Shown here piece after piece: positions 10,374-20,658 of a stretch of 64,000 nt of DNA; positions within the stretch are counted from its first letter, which is position 1, and each line of letters starts with the position of its first letter. The DNA lies in assembly GCA_965262915.1 (NCBI GenBank), contig OZ253564.1, positions 3,136,001-3,200,000 of the forward strand, given 5' to 3'. The notes under the pieces were generated by a model. That model worked only from the letters and a program-made list of their open reading frames with translations, made no database searches and was not told the origin of the DNA. The translations under genes and the position numbers were made by a program. Origin of the DNA: Candidatus Spongiisociaceae bacterium. Lineage in GTDB: Bacteria > Actinomycetota > Acidimicrobiia > Spongiisociales > Spongiisociaceae.

Positions 10374-11996
10374 ATGGTCGATCTTCTCCTGCGGAATGCG
10401 ACGATCTACCCCGGCGATGCCGAGCCTCGACCGGGGGATGTCGCAATCGACGATGGTGTCATAGTAGCGGTGGGCACCGGACTGCGACCCGAAGCCACCC
10501 GGACCATCGATCTCACGGGGCTTTCTCTGGCTCCCGGGTTCGTGGACATGCACGCCCACAGCGCTCTGCGGTCCTTCCAAGACCCCATCCTTGCCCCGAA
10601 GCTCCTCCAAGGCTTCACCACAGAACTCATCAACCCGGACGGGATGGGTCCAGCGCCCGTAACAGACGAGCGGCTCGCTGACCGGATGACGCAATTGGCT
10701 CTGTCCGAAGGGCCGGGCCCGCCCGAGTGGCCCTGGCGATCCATTGACGGGTACATAGCCGAACTGGAACGGACCCGACCCGCCATCACCCTGTGCCCCT
10801 TGGTACCTCATGGCGCGGTCCGCGACGCCGTGCTGGGCGGCGCGCAGCGGGCGCCCGGCTCCGGCGAGTTGCGTGCGATGAGGCGCGAGGTATCTAGAGG
10901 CATGGAGGCGGGGGCATGGGGGATCTCCTTCGGCTTGGTGTACACGCCGGGCGCCTACGCGGACCGCGAAGAAGTGGTGGCCGTATCCACCGAGGCGGCA
11001 CGATTCGGTGGGCTGATCTCCGTTCACATGCGGGGCGAGAGCCACAACCTTCTCGAGGCCGTCGAGGAGATGATCGACGTATCGCGCCGCAGCGGTGCGC
11101 CTGTGCATCTCTCCCATCTGAAGGTGCTCGGACAGCGCAATGCCTGGAAGCTGGAACCCCTGCTCGAGATGGTCGACACGGCACTGGCAGACGGGATAGA
11201 TCTCACCTTCGACCAGTATCCCTACGGTGCCGGTGTGACCCTGCTCTCGGCACTATTGCCTCCGTGGGCACACGACGGTGGCATCGTCCGGATGACCGCT
11301 CGCCTCCAAGACCGTTCGACGGTAGATCGCCTGCTCAAGGCACTTGAGGATCCGAATGCAGGCCCCGAGAGCTTCTACTACCAGTGCGGCCCGGAAGGGA
11401 TCGTGGTGATCGACTGCGGCCCGGACGGTCCCGAAAATGCGGTCGGCCGCACCCTGGCCGAGATCGCCTCGGCCCGCAATGTCGAACCCGAGCGGGTGGT
11501 CATCGACCTGTTGTTGGAAACGGGGATGAGCGCCCTGGTCATCCTGCACTACGCCGACGAATCCGTCGTGAAGGCCATCGCCCGGCACCCGGCCATGCTG
11601 GTGGGTAGCGACGCGGTCTTCGCCGCCATCCCCCACCCCAGGTTGTGGGGCACAGCACCCCGGTTTCTGGGCCGCTACGTCATCAGGGATCGCATCGTGA
11701 CCCTACGTGAAGCCATCGCCCGGCTGTCCTTCCGGGCGGCCCGGCGGGTCGGGCTGAACGACCGAGGTGAGATCTCCCAGGGACAGAGAGCCGACCTTGT
11801 CGCCTTTGATCCGGACCGGCTACTCGACCGGGCAACCTACGACGAACCTAGGCTTTCACCTTCCGGTATCGAATGGGTGATCGTCGGCGGCGCGGTGGCG
11901 GTGGACCCGAACGGCCCTACCGGAACCCGCCGGGGCCACGTAGCCCGAATGAACGCCCCGCGGATCCGACTGGGAGCCGATCCGGCCGGCCTCTGA
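10374..11996 (+). CDS. N-acyl-D-amino-acid deacylase (D-aminoacylase, amidohydrolase family)
   Basis: 'PGFVDMHAHS', 'HMRGE', 'HLSHLK', 'DQYPY', 'GSD..HPR.WGT.PRFL', 'ADLVAFDP'. Confidence 0.92.
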   Translation: MVDLLLRNATIYPGDAEPRPGDVAIDDGVIVAVGTGLRPEATRTIDLTGLSLAPGFVDMHAHSALRSFQDPILAPKLLQGFTTELINPDGMGPAPVTDERLADRMTQLALSEGPGPPEWPWRSIDGYIAELERTRPAITLCPLVPHGAVRDAVLGGAQRAPGSGELRAMRREVSRGMEAGAWGISFGLVYTPGAYADREEVVAVSTEAARFGGLISVHMRGESHNLLEAVEEMIDVSRRSGAPVHLSHLKVLGQRNAWKLEPLLEMVDTALADGIDLTFDQYPYGAGVTLLSALLPPWAHDGGIVRMTARLQDRSTVDRLLKALEDPNAGPESFYYQCGPEGIVVIDCGPDGPENAVGRTLAEIASARNVEPERVVIDLLLETGMSALVILHYADESVVKAIARHPAMLVGSDAVFAAIPHPRLWGTAPRFLGRYVIRDRIVTLREAIARLSFRAARRVGLNDRGEISQGQRADLVAFDPDRLLDRATYDEPRLSPSGIEWVIVGGAVAVDPNGPTGTRRGHVARMNAPRIRLGADPAGL

Positions 11997-12012
11997 GTGC
12001 CCGAGTCGTGCA

Positions 12013-12649
12013 TCACCGAAACAGTCCCTTGGCGATTTCAGGCTGGCGACGTTGCCAGTACCGAGCGACAGTATCCAACAATCCCGGTTTGCCAAGGCTT
12101 GCCGAGAGCCACGGATCGTCGGCCACGTCGTTGAAGGAGCCCAACGCCCGAACGATGTGATAGACGCTCTGGTGCGTCCTGCTCACTCCGTATCGGATGT
12201 AGTACCAGTCCAGCATCGCCATTACGTCCGTATCGCCCATCATTTCGATACACATCAGGTCGTAGTAGTCGCGTAGTTCCCCCGATCTCCCACAACCTTC
12301 AGCTTGGTTGCAACCACGTCGGCGAACGACCCGACCGCCATCTCCCCGACCTTCTGACCGCGTTCGATCTGCTGCTGTCCGGTAGCAGAGAGGAATTGAA
12401 GTTTGACGTTCTCGAAAACGCAGTTCAGCGTAGCCTCGGACCAGTAGTCGCCCTCCACTGTCGCCGGAGCAGACTCAGGGGATCGAAAGGACTGTGGACG
12501 AATACATCCAGATCCTCCGACTGCCGATGTTCCAGGTATACAGCCAGGGCCGTCCCGCCCATGAGTGTCCCCGATGGTGGAGACAACGAACCCACCAAAT
12601 CCCAGATCCTCATCATCGCGGGAGTCAGGACGCCGTCAGCGACGGGCAT
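12013..12649 (-). pseudogene. AbiEii/AbiGii-family nucleotidyltransferase toxin (type IV TA), split by two frameshifts
   Basis: Frame 1 'GGTALAVYLEHRQSEDLD', frame 2 'VATKLKVVGDRG', frame 3 'ELRDYYDL'; the motifs of one ~210-aa protein are spread over three frames. Confidence 0.8.
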
Positions 12650-12878
12650 CGAGGGCGTTGACGATCAGGTCTCGGGTGGCCGGTTTGGTGGATCGCAGGG
12701 TCAGGCAGTATTCGAGCACCTCAATAGGGAGATGTACCGATGCCCAGACCGCGGCATCCGGCCAGGGACCGTTGAACATCCGTCCGGCTACGTACTCGGC
12801 ATCACCCGGCAGGCGGAGCAAGCCAGGTTCGGGGTGGTTCCAGAAGGACTTCCAGAACCTCTCAGGAATACGTCCCAT
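12636..12878 (-). CDS. Putative antitoxin (DUF6922-like, 80 aa) of the AbiEii module
   Basis: 'IPERFWKSFWN....L.L..DAEYVAGRM..G...A..W' pattern; overlaps the toxin start. Confidence 0.65.
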   Translation of the reverse strand: MGRIPERFWKSFWNHPEPGLLRLPGDAEYVAGRMFNGPWPDAAVWASVHLPIEVLEYCLTLRSTKPATRDLIVNALDARR

Positions 12879-13031
12879 ATTGAATACATATGTTCCCTGA
12901 CATCGGACACCTGACTCCGACCGCCAGCCCGGAGGAGGCTAGACCGCCCCACTCGGCCCGGCCGCTTCGGACTGGACGCTGTACGAGAGCATTCGTCGGT
13001 CAACAGTCACTCGGCTGCCCTTACTGCTAGC

Positions 13032-14405
13032 GTGCCGGACGCAGTGCGCAACTTCGACCTGATGATCATCGGCACCGGATCGGGCAATTCGGTGATCGGA
13101 CCGGAACACGACGATTGGGACATCGCAATCGTGGAACGGGGTCGCTTCGGCGGCACCTGTCTGAACGTGGGCTGCATACCCTCCAAGATGTTCGTGTACG
13201 CCGCGGAGATGGCCGAGTTGGCGTCCGACAGCGAACGGCTTGGCGTTCGGACCCGCTTCGATGGCGCAGACTGGTCGTCCATCCGCGACCGTGTATTCGG
13301 GCGGATCGACCCGATCGCCGAGGGAGGTCGCGTCTACAGGGAGGAACTTCCCAACGTGACCGTGTACTCCGGTACGGGGCGCTTCGTCGGACCGAAACAG
13401 GTAGCGGTGGGCGACGAGGTCATATCCGCTGATCGGATCGTCATAGCGGCGGGCGGACGGCCCACCGTGCCCCCTGTGCCGGGCCTGGCCGAGTGCGGCT
13501 ACCACACCTCGGACACGATCATGCGCCTCGACCAGCTGCCCGACCGGTTACTGGTGATCGGAGCGGGGTACATCGCGGCGGAGTTGGGCGGCGTGATGGG
13601 AGCGTTCGGCTCGAAGGTGACCTTCCTGCTGCGGGGCGACACCTTCCTGCGTCGGGAGGACCACGACATCAGCAGCCGGTTCACCGCCGCCTACTCCCGA
13701 CGGTTCGAGGTGCGTACGCACACCCGGCTGCTCGAAGTCCGCCGTGACGGAGACGAGGTGGTCATCAGCTTGGACGACAAGGAGGGGAACCGTGCCGAGT
13801 TGAGGGGCGATGAGTTGCTGGTCGCCACAGGCCGGAGGCCCAACACCGACCGGCTCGACCTGGCGGCGGGGGGAATCGAGGTCGACAGTCGCGGTTTCGT
13901 GATCACCGACCGCCAACTCCGTACCAACGTCGACGGGGTTTGGGCTCTCGGTGACATCACCAATCCCATCCAACTGAAGCATGCTGCCAACCACGAGGCT
14001 CGGGTGGTGCGTCACAACCTGACCAACCCGGATTACCCGGCCACCGTCGACCACCGGTTCATTCCCCACGCCGTGTTCGGCTATCCCCAGATCGCGAGCG
14101 TGGGCCTCACCGAGCAGGAATGTCGACGACAGGACATTCCCTACGTCAGCCACACCCAACCCTATTCCGCGGCCGCCTATGGCTGGGCAATGGAGGATAC
14201 CGACAGCGTGGCGAAGGTCATCGCCCACGCCGAGACCCGCCGGCTACTGGGCGCCCACATCATCGGTCCGCAGGCGCCCACCCTGATCCAGCAACTCATC
14301 CAGGGTATGCACTTCGACCTGACCGTCGACCAGATGGCCCGCGGCCAGTACTACATCCATCCCGCCCTGCCCGAGGTAGTGGAACAGGCTTTGCTGGGGC
14401 TCTGA
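13032..14405 (+). CDS. mtr: Mycothione reductase
   Basis: 'IIGTGSGNS', redox motif 'GGTCLNVGCIPSKMFVY', 'QLKHAANHEARVVRHNL', 'AYGWAMED', 'GQYYIHPALPEVVE'. Confidence 0.93.
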   Translation: MPDAVRNFDLMIIGTGSGNSVIGPEHDDWDIAIVERGRFGGTCLNVGCIPSKMFVYAAEMAELASDSERLGVRTRFDGADWSSIRDRVFGRIDPIAEGGRVYREELPNVTVYSGTGRFVGPKQVAVGDEVISADRIVIAAGGRPTVPPVPGLAECGYHTSDTIMRLDQLPDRLLVIGAGYIAAELGGVMGAFGSKVTFLLRGDTFLRREDHDISSRFTAAYSRRFEVRTHTRLLEVRRDGDEVVISLDDKEGNRAELRGDELLVATGRRPNTDRLDLAAGGIEVDSRGFVITDRQLRTNVDGVWALGDITNPIQLKHAANHEARVVRHNLTNPDYPATVDHRFIPHAVFGYPQIASVGLTEQECRRQDIPYVSHTQPYSAAAYGWAMEDTDSVAKVIAHAETRRLLGAHIIGPQAPTLIQQLIQGMHFDLTVDQMARGQYYIHPALPEVVEQALLGL

Positions 14406-14437
14406 CGGATTCCGGGTTCGGTAGTCGACGGCTGGTT

Positions 14438-15748
14438 TCAGTTCACCAGAGCCGCAGCCAGGTCCTCCAGTACTCGGGCCGCGATGTCCAGCACGAACTC
14501 GATGTGATGTTCCTCCATCACCGATGATGTTGACAGGTACGGGAACCCGAACACGCCCCGGTTTCCGAACGCCAGCGAAAGGCCGGTCATCAGCACGTCC
14601 GGTTGGGCCACCTCCGGCTCGCATGCAACGCTGAGCAGGGAACCGCCTCCCTCGACCTGCAACGGCAGCCCGAACTCCCCTACCGCTCCGGCCAACCCCT
14701 CGCGTAGCAAACCGCCCAGGTGGTCGATCCATTCGTAGACCTCGGGTGTCAGGAGGCGCAAGCCGGCCACGCCCGCCGCGGCGGTCATCGGGTTGGCGTT
14801 GAACGTCCCCGCCAGAGCCACCTTCATGTCACCTAGCGGGTCCGTGACTGCCATGATGTCAGCTCTCCCTCCGAAGGCCCCGACCGGCAGTCCACCCCCG
14901 ATCAGCTTGCCGAGGGCCGTCATGTCGGGGATCACCCCGTAGCGCCCCTGAGCGCCTCCCATCCCCAGGCGTAGCGAGATCACTTCGTCGAAGAGTAGGA
15001 GTACACCCTCGTTTGCCGTCACCGCTCGTAGGGTCTCCAGGAACCCATCGGGTGGAGGAGCGAATCCGCCGGCCGAACGGAAGGGTGTGAGGATCACCGC
15101 GGCAAGGCGTTCGGCGTTCTCTCGCACCAGGCCGGCAACGCCTTCCGCATCTCCCCAGCGACCCAGGATGACGTTGGCCGAAAGGTTGGCAGGGACGCCG
15201 CCGGTACTCGGCAAGATACCGTCACTACCCGCGGAGGCAGCGAACTCGAACCCGTCGTAGGTGCCGTGATAGGCGCCGTCCAGCTTGAGGACGAGATCCC
15301 TGCCGGTGAATGCACGGGCCACCTTGAGCATGTGCATGTTTGCCTCGGTTCCCGAGTTGGCGAAGCGCACCCGTTCGATGGAGGGAACCCGGTCGCAGAT
15401 GATCCCGGCCCAGTCGACTTCGGTTGGGTTGTGCCCACCCCAGGCGGTGCCCTGAGCGGCTTGAGCACGGGCAGCTGCCACGATCTCGGGATGGGAGTGG
15501 CCATGGACGAGAGCCGTGGAGTTGTTGTTCAGGTCCAGACGCCGATTGCCGTCCACGTCCCATATGTAGGGACCTTCCCCCCGTTCGAAGTAAGGGGGGT
15601 GCGGGCGCGTGGTGATCGAGTAGCGGGTATCCCCACCCGGCAGGACACCTCCACCTTGCTTGAAGAGGGCCGCCGACCGGGGGGTGAGCCGGCGGTACTC
15701 CTCGACGATACCCTGGTACCAGCGCAACAAGCACTCGTCCGTATTCAT
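14438..15748 (-). CDS. Class III PLP aminotransferase, glutamate-1-semialdehyde aminomutase-like paralogue
   Basis: 'WDVDGN', 'RFANSGTEA', 'GAYHG', 'LLFDEVI', 'LGKLIGGGLPVGAFGG', 'GTFNANP'. Confidence 0.88.
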   Translation of the reverse strand: MNTDECLLRWYQGIVEEYRRLTPRSAALFKQGGGVLPGGDTRYSITTRPHPPYFERGEGPYIWDVDGNRRLDLNNNSTALVHGHSHPEIVAAARAQAAQGTAWGGHNPTEVDWAGIICDRVPSIERVRFANSGTEANMHMLKVARAFTGRDLVLKLDGAYHGTYDGFEFAASAGSDGILPSTGGVPANLSANVILGRWGDAEGVAGLVRENAERLAAVILTPFRSAGGFAPPPDGFLETLRAVTANEGVLLLFDEVISLRLGMGGAQGRYGVIPDMTALGKLIGGGLPVGAFGGRADIMAVTDPLGDMKVALAGTFNANPMTAAAGVAGLRLLTPEVYEWIDHLGGLLREGLAGAVGEFGLPLQVEGGGSLLSVACEPEVAQPDVLMTGLSLAFGNRGVFGFPYLSTSSVMEEHHIEFVLDIAARVLEDLAAALVN

Positions 15749-16686
15749 GTTCCCGTCAACCAGCGTCGCGGGTTGTCATGGGTGATGGTCCTGATGGTGG
15801 CTTCGGGTACGCCCTTGGCGATGAGGGCGGGAAGAAAGGTCTCCGACAGGTAGACGAACCCGGTACCTCCATGTATCCGTAGCTGCCCCAACTTGCATAC
15901 ATCATGGGACAGCATCAGCCGGTCCTCGAAACCCCGCTCGATCAACTCACGGATCAGGTCGAGGATCCGGTCCTCGAAGCGGCCCATCCCGCGGTACTGG
16001 CCGCAGTTGTCGAACATGATATAGACGCCCCGCGCCAGGAGTCCGAGCAGGTAACGGAGATGCGGGTAGGCGTCGCAGTGGGCGACCGCCACCCGGGTCA
16101 TGTCCACATCCTCCTCCTCGAGGATGGTGAGTTGCGCCGGGGCGACGGGACCGATGGCGTGTAGGGCCCCGATGCCCAGCCCGGTCGCCTTGTGAGCCCG
16201 TGCGACAGCACGCAGGACCCTCTCCTCGGCTGGCGATACCCAGTCCTTCTCGGATCCGATCTCACCGATCACACCGGGGCGGATCCCGGTATCGCCCACC
16301 CCGTCGGTGATCTCCCGGATCAGTTCCTCGGCGAGATCGTCAGCCGATCGACGGTCGATCCGTTCCTCCGGTAGGTAGTAGTTGCCGCGATACCAGCCAC
16401 AGCCCATGACGAAATGCATACCGGTCCGCTCCGACAACGTACGCAGCCGCTCCGGGGAACGGCCGTTGTCGGGAACGCTCAGGTCGAAGATCGTGTCTCC
16501 CCCGAGATCGGCGAAGGCCGCTATCTCGTCCGCCATCACGTCCTCGTCCACGAACTGGTCGGCCACGTCGTAGCGGTAGTCGGCGTGGCGCAGGGTGCAG
16601 TAGATGTGCTCGTGGGGAAGCGTAAAGCCGAGGTCCGTACCCGCTACCGGTCCGCGTACCGTCATTACGCTTCCGGGATCGCTCAT
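15745..16686 (-). CDS. Phosphotriesterase-related protein (PHP/YhfV-like lactonase)
   Basis: 'TVRGPV..LGFTLPHEH', 'GVIGEIG', 'AHCD', 'LMLSHD', 'NPRRWL'. Confidence 0.92.
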   Translation of the reverse strand: MSDPGSVMTVRGPVAGTDLGFTLPHEHIYCTLRHADYRYDVADQFVDEDVMADEIAAFADLGGDTIFDLSVPDNGRSPERLRTLSERTGMHFVMGCGWYRGNYYLPEERIDRRSADDLAEELIREITDGVGDTGIRPGVIGEIGSEKDWVSPAEERVLRAVARAHKATGLGIGALHAIGPVAPAQLTILEEEDVDMTRVAVAHCDAYPHLRYLLGLLARGVYIMFDNCGQYRGMGRFEDRILDLIRELIERGFEDRLMLSHDVCKLGQLRIHGGTGFVYLSETFLPALIAKGVPEATIRTITHDNPRRWLTGT

Positions 16687-16834
16687 CCGACCTGCCTCCT
16701 ATCCCGGCCCCTTCGGTGTCGGCCGGCGACTGTGGACTTTACCGCCCCCTCGGCTGTCTTGGCGCACTCCGTAGCATCCCCGTAGGCTGGACGCAGGAGG
16801 TGGACACATAAGGGAGGACGCCGGAGACGAGGCC

Positions 16835-18250
16835 GTGGTCGATCTGCTGCTCAGGCACGGTCGCATCCTGACCATGGATGCCCGGCGCCGCATCCTCGTG
16901 GACGGCGCCATAGCCATCCGGGACAGAATCATCATCTCGGTCGGCCCGGATCGGGAGATCGGCGCTGGTACCGCGGCGGCATCCACCCGAGACCTGAAGG
17001 GGGCACTGGTCCACCCAGGGCTGATCGACGCCCACGTCCACGCCGGCAACTCCGAGTTGAGTCGCGGAATGGCCCCCAAGGACCACGCCGACTATGGGGC
17101 GGTGGACGACTGGCTGTTCACCTTCCGCAAGCCGGAGACCGACTACCTTGGCGCCCTGCTGTCCTGCATGGAGATGGTCACCAACGGCACCACAGCCTAC
17201 AGCGATACGGGCGGCTCCTTCTACCTGGACGAGACCGTGCGGGCTATCGAGAAGGTCGGGATGCGGGGTATGCCCGGATACTCGATGCTCGACTTCAACC
17301 CACAGGTTCCGGGTCGTGACACCTCCGCCGGCGCGATGTCCGAGGAAGAGGCGGAGATACTGCGGACTCCGACACGAACGTGCGTGGAACGGCTGGAGGA
17401 ACAGATGACCCGCTACCCGTTCCGCAACGGCGGGCGGGTCCGGGGCGGAGCGACAATGTACGGCTGCATGCGCTGCTCTGACGAGTTGCTGGTCGAGGCT
17501 CAGGCGCTTGCCAGGAAGCACGGGGCGCCGATGCTTATGCACCAGTCCTGGGATCCCGAAGAGGTGACCATCTCCGAGGCCCTGTACGGATGCCGCCCGA
17601 TCGAGCATCTGGCAGACATCGGCGTGCTGGACGAGAACCTGACCCTGGTGCACATGAACCACCTCTCCCCGACCGAGGTCGATCTGGTGGCCGACTCGGG
17701 CACTCGGGTGGTGCACTGCCCGGCGGCATCGCTGAGACGCGGGATGGGTGCGATCAGGAACGGCTCCTTCCCCGAAATGCTGGCCAAGGGCGTCCCCGTG
17801 GCACTCGGCTCCGACGGCTACAGCGGGCGGAGGGACGTGATGCGCCAGGCTTACCTGGCCGCGGTCGGTTTCCGCGAGTTCCGGGGTGAACTGCCCGTCC
17901 TCACCGGAGAGACCGTCCTCGAGATGGCTACCCTTCACGGAGCAAGCGCGCTGGGTCTCGAGAACGAGATCGGTTCGATCGAGGTCGGTAAGCGGGCCGA
18001 CCTGGTGATCCACAGCCTGCATAGACCCGAGGCATATCCCCGCTTCCGTGACCCGGTCGACAACCTCGTGTACTTCCGGTCATCGAGCACTGTCGACACC
18101 GTCTTCGTCGATGGGGAAGCAATTCTCGACAACGGTCGCTTCACCCGCTTCGACGCGGCATCGGCCTACCGGATGATTGAAGCAGCTGCTGCCGAGTTCG
18201 AAGCCGGCGTGGGTGCCTCCACCTACGCCGTATGGCCGCTGGTCGACTGA
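16835..18250 (+). CDS. Amidohydrolase family protein (MtaD/AtzA/SsnA-like)
   Basis: 'PGLIDAHVH', 'LVHMNHL', 'VVHCP', 'ALGSDG', 'IGSIEVGKRADL'. Confidence 0.9.
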   Translation: MVDLLLRHGRILTMDARRRILVDGAIAIRDRIIISVGPDREIGAGTAAASTRDLKGALVHPGLIDAHVHAGNSELSRGMAPKDHADYGAVDDWLFTFRKPETDYLGALLSCMEMVTNGTTAYSDTGGSFYLDETVRAIEKVGMRGMPGYSMLDFNPQVPGRDTSAGAMSEEEAEILRTPTRTCVERLEEQMTRYPFRNGGRVRGGATMYGCMRCSDELLVEAQALARKHGAPMLMHQSWDPEEVTISEALYGCRPIEHLADIGVLDENLTLVHMNHLSPTEVDLVADSGTRVVHCPAASLRRGMGAIRNGSFPEMLAKGVPVALGSDGYSGRRDVMRQAYLAAVGFREFRGELPVLTGETVLEMATLHGASALGLENEIGSIEVGKRADLVIHSLHRPEAYPRFRDPVDNLVYFRSSSTVDTVFVDGEAILDNGRFTRFDAASAYRMIEAAAAEFEAGVGASTYAVWPLVD

Positions 18251-18308
18251 ACCACACTCCGACCACCGCCTCGAAAGCTCGGAGAAAGCCCTTTGGTACT
18301 GTTGGGCG

Positions 18309-19532
18309 ATGACGGTCTCTCTCGACGTTTACGATCCGGACTTCCTTCGCGACCCCTACCCGGTCTTCGCTCGGATCCGCGAGCAAACCCCCATCTTCCG
18401 TGGTTCGGGCCGCGAGGGTGAACGGCCCATCTGGTTCCTGACCCGCTATGCCGATGTGCGCCGTGCCCTACGGGACCGCCGGCTCGGCCGCATCGACCAA
18501 CCCACCGTGGACCGCGCCGCTTGGGGACTCCCCCCGCTCCACGACGGGTGGGCGCCTTACTACGACGTGGAACACTGGGCGCTGGTGTGGTTGGAACCAC
18601 CCAACCACACGAAGATCCGCCGGTTGGTGTCGAAGGCTTTCACGCTGCGCCGGGTGGCCGGCCTGCGACCGCGTATAGGCGAACTCGCCGACCGGCTCCT
18701 CGATCCGATCGTGGAGCGGGGCCGTATGGACCTCGTGAACGACTACGCGGCGCCGTTCTCGGTCCAGGTCATCGCCGAGTTGCTGGGCGCGCCCACCACC
18801 CACTGGCGACAGATGCTCGACTGGTCGTCCAGAATCACCAGAATGTACGAGTACAACACCGACAATGCGCAGACCCGCTCGGCCGTGGACGCCAGTCTCG
18901 AGTTCACCCGATACTGCGAAGAACTCATGGCCCGCCGTCGGGCCGAGCCGCGCGACGACCTGATCACCGCCCTGTGTTTCGCCAGGACCGACGACGGGAC
19001 ATTGACCGACATCCAGATAGTGTCGATGATCATCACCCTCCTCAACGCCGGCCACGAGGCCTCGGTGAATACGCTGGCCAACGGCATGTTGGCATTGATG
19101 CAACATACGGACCAGTGGCTTCTTCTTACCGACGGAGAAGTCGACCCGGCCGATGCCGTCGAGGAGTTGTTCCGGTGGGACGCACCCATCCAGACCTTCG
19201 ATCGATGGGTCGTCGCCGATGGCTACGAAGTCGGCGGGCAGCGGATCGCCCAGTACGAGCAGGTGACCGTGCTGCTCGGATGCGCCAACCGCGACCCCCG
19301 CCACTTCGAAGACCCGAACTCCTTCAGGATCGGAAGGGACGACCCCACCCACGTCAGCTTCGGCGGCGGGATCCACCACTGTCTCGGCGCCCCTCTGGCC
19401 CGACTCGAGGTAGACGTCGCACTCGACAGACTCGTAAAGAGGTGCCCGAGACTGCAACTGGCAGAAGACCCGGTTCGTCCTCCACGGTTCGTCCTGCGCG
19501 GCTTCAACTCCCTCGAACTGACCCTAGGCTGA
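18309..19532 (+). CDS. Cytochrome P450
   Basis: I-helix 'AGHEAS', ExxR 'EELFR', heme motif 'FGGGIHHCLG'; TACTGT-N6-ATG leaderless start. Confidence 0.96.
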   Translation: MTVSLDVYDPDFLRDPYPVFARIREQTPIFRGSGREGERPIWFLTRYADVRRALRDRRLGRIDQPTVDRAAWGLPPLHDGWAPYYDVEHWALVWLEPPNHTKIRRLVSKAFTLRRVAGLRPRIGELADRLLDPIVERGRMDLVNDYAAPFSVQVIAELLGAPTTHWRQMLDWSSRITRMYEYNTDNAQTRSAVDASLEFTRYCEELMARRRAEPRDDLITALCFARTDDGTLTDIQIVSMIITLLNAGHEASVNTLANGMLALMQHTDQWLLLTDGEVDPADAVEELFRWDAPIQTFDRWVVADGYEVGGQRIAQYEQVTVLLGCANRDPRHFEDPNSFRIGRDDPTHVSFGGGIHHCLGAPLARLEVDVALDRLVKRCPRLQLAEDPVRPPRFVLRGFNSLELTLG

Positions 19533-19767
19533 CAATTGCCCTGCTCTGAGATAGTGCTCGAGCCGCGCCACCTGTCGATGCTACACCACCAACAGCCAGT
19601 ATCGGAGAACAGTGTCTACCACTAACACCGCCTGTCACTGCTCATCGATATAGTTTGGCAAGTCAGGGTCGTATTCGGCTTAACCGAGTTGGCACGCACA
19701 TGTGACCTGCTGCCGTCGACTGGCGACCCGACACCCGCACTAAGATTACAGCCATGTAACTCGGGGG

Positions 19768-20655
19768 ATGACGATGGAACAGCCACAACTGATCGTAGAC
19801 GACACAGGACTTCCCCCCACTCACCACCGACTGATCCTCGGTGATGCTCGACAGATGGTCGCGATCCATGATGAGTCGATAGCCCTTGTAGTCACCTCGC
19901 CGCCCTACTGGACACTCAAGAAATACCCTGACAATCCAGCCCAGCTAGGAGACCTTGCCGACTACGAGTTGTTCCAGAAGGAACTGGCCCGGGTCTGGGA
20001 TGAGTGTTATCGAGTGCTTCTACCTGGCGGACGGCTCTGCGTCAACGTCGGTGACGTGACCCTGTCCCGCCGCAAGCACGGACGCCACAGGGTTGTACCA
20101 CTACACGCGGACATCCTCGCGCACGCCCGTCAAGCCGGGTTTGACGTGCTGACCCCGATCTTCTGGTGGAAGCGCACCAACATGACCACCGAAGTGTCGG
20201 GGAACACGTATTTTCTCGGCAAGCCGTACGAACCTAATGGAATCATCAAGAACGAGATCGAGTACATCCTCCTTCTGCGGAAACCCGGTGGCTATCGCAA
20301 ACCCACAGAGGAACAGCGCCGTATGTCCCGTATTCCCAAGGAGGACTATCACGCTTGGTATCGTGCGGTTTGGACAGATATCGGGGGTGCCTCGTCGCCC
20401 AAGCACCCGGCGCCTTTCCCGGTCGAGTTAGCAAACCGCTTGGTACGTATGTTCTCGTTTGTAGCCGATACAGTGTTGGACCCGTTCGGAGGATCAGGCA
20501 CCACTTGCGTCGCCGCCGCCTTGGCAGGACGGAATTCGGTCGGGTACGACATCGAATCCACTTTCCTCGACCTAACCGAGAATCGGCTACGCGCGGCCCG
20601 AGCAGGCTCTCCGGCTACCGTCATCCGTATCACCGATCCCGGAATGGGTCCGTAG
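19768..20655 (+). CDS. Site-specific DNA methyltransferase, beta class (probably N4-cytosine)
   Basis: Motif IV 'VTSPPY' N-terminal, 'HPAPFP', motif I 'LDPFGGSGTT' C-terminal. Confidence 0.93.
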   Translation: MTMEQPQLIVDDTGLPPTHHRLILGDARQMVAIHDESIALVVTSPPYWTLKKYPDNPAQLGDLADYELFQKELARVWDECYRVLLPGGRLCVNVGDVTLSRRKHGRHRVVPLHADILAHARQAGFDVLTPIFWWKRTNMTTEVSGNTYFLGKPYEPNGIIKNEIEYILLLRKPGGYRKPTEEQRRMSRIPKEDYHAWYRAVWTDIGGASSPKHPAPFPVELANRLVRMFSFVADTVLDPFGGSGTTCVAAALAGRNSVGYDIESTFLDLTENRLRAARAGSPATVIRITDPGMGP

Positions 20656-20658
20656 GCG

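Noticed and set aside
10344-11117. N-terminal 258-aa extension of the TPP enzyme ORF, and similar extensions of atpF, hom, glmU, tatD and oppF
   Set aside because: They overlap well-supported genes or tRNAs; open frames are expected in high-GC DNA, and family motifs begin at the later starts.
12880-12897. GAACATATGTATTC upstream of the antitoxin as a LexA box
   Set aside because: The second half-site deviates from GAAC-N4-GTTC at two positions; only an 8-bp ACATATGT palindrome is solid.
14438-15748. Naming the class III aminotransferase hemL
   Set aside because: It lacks the PGGVNSPVR and SWG motifs of true HemL and has no heme-gene context.
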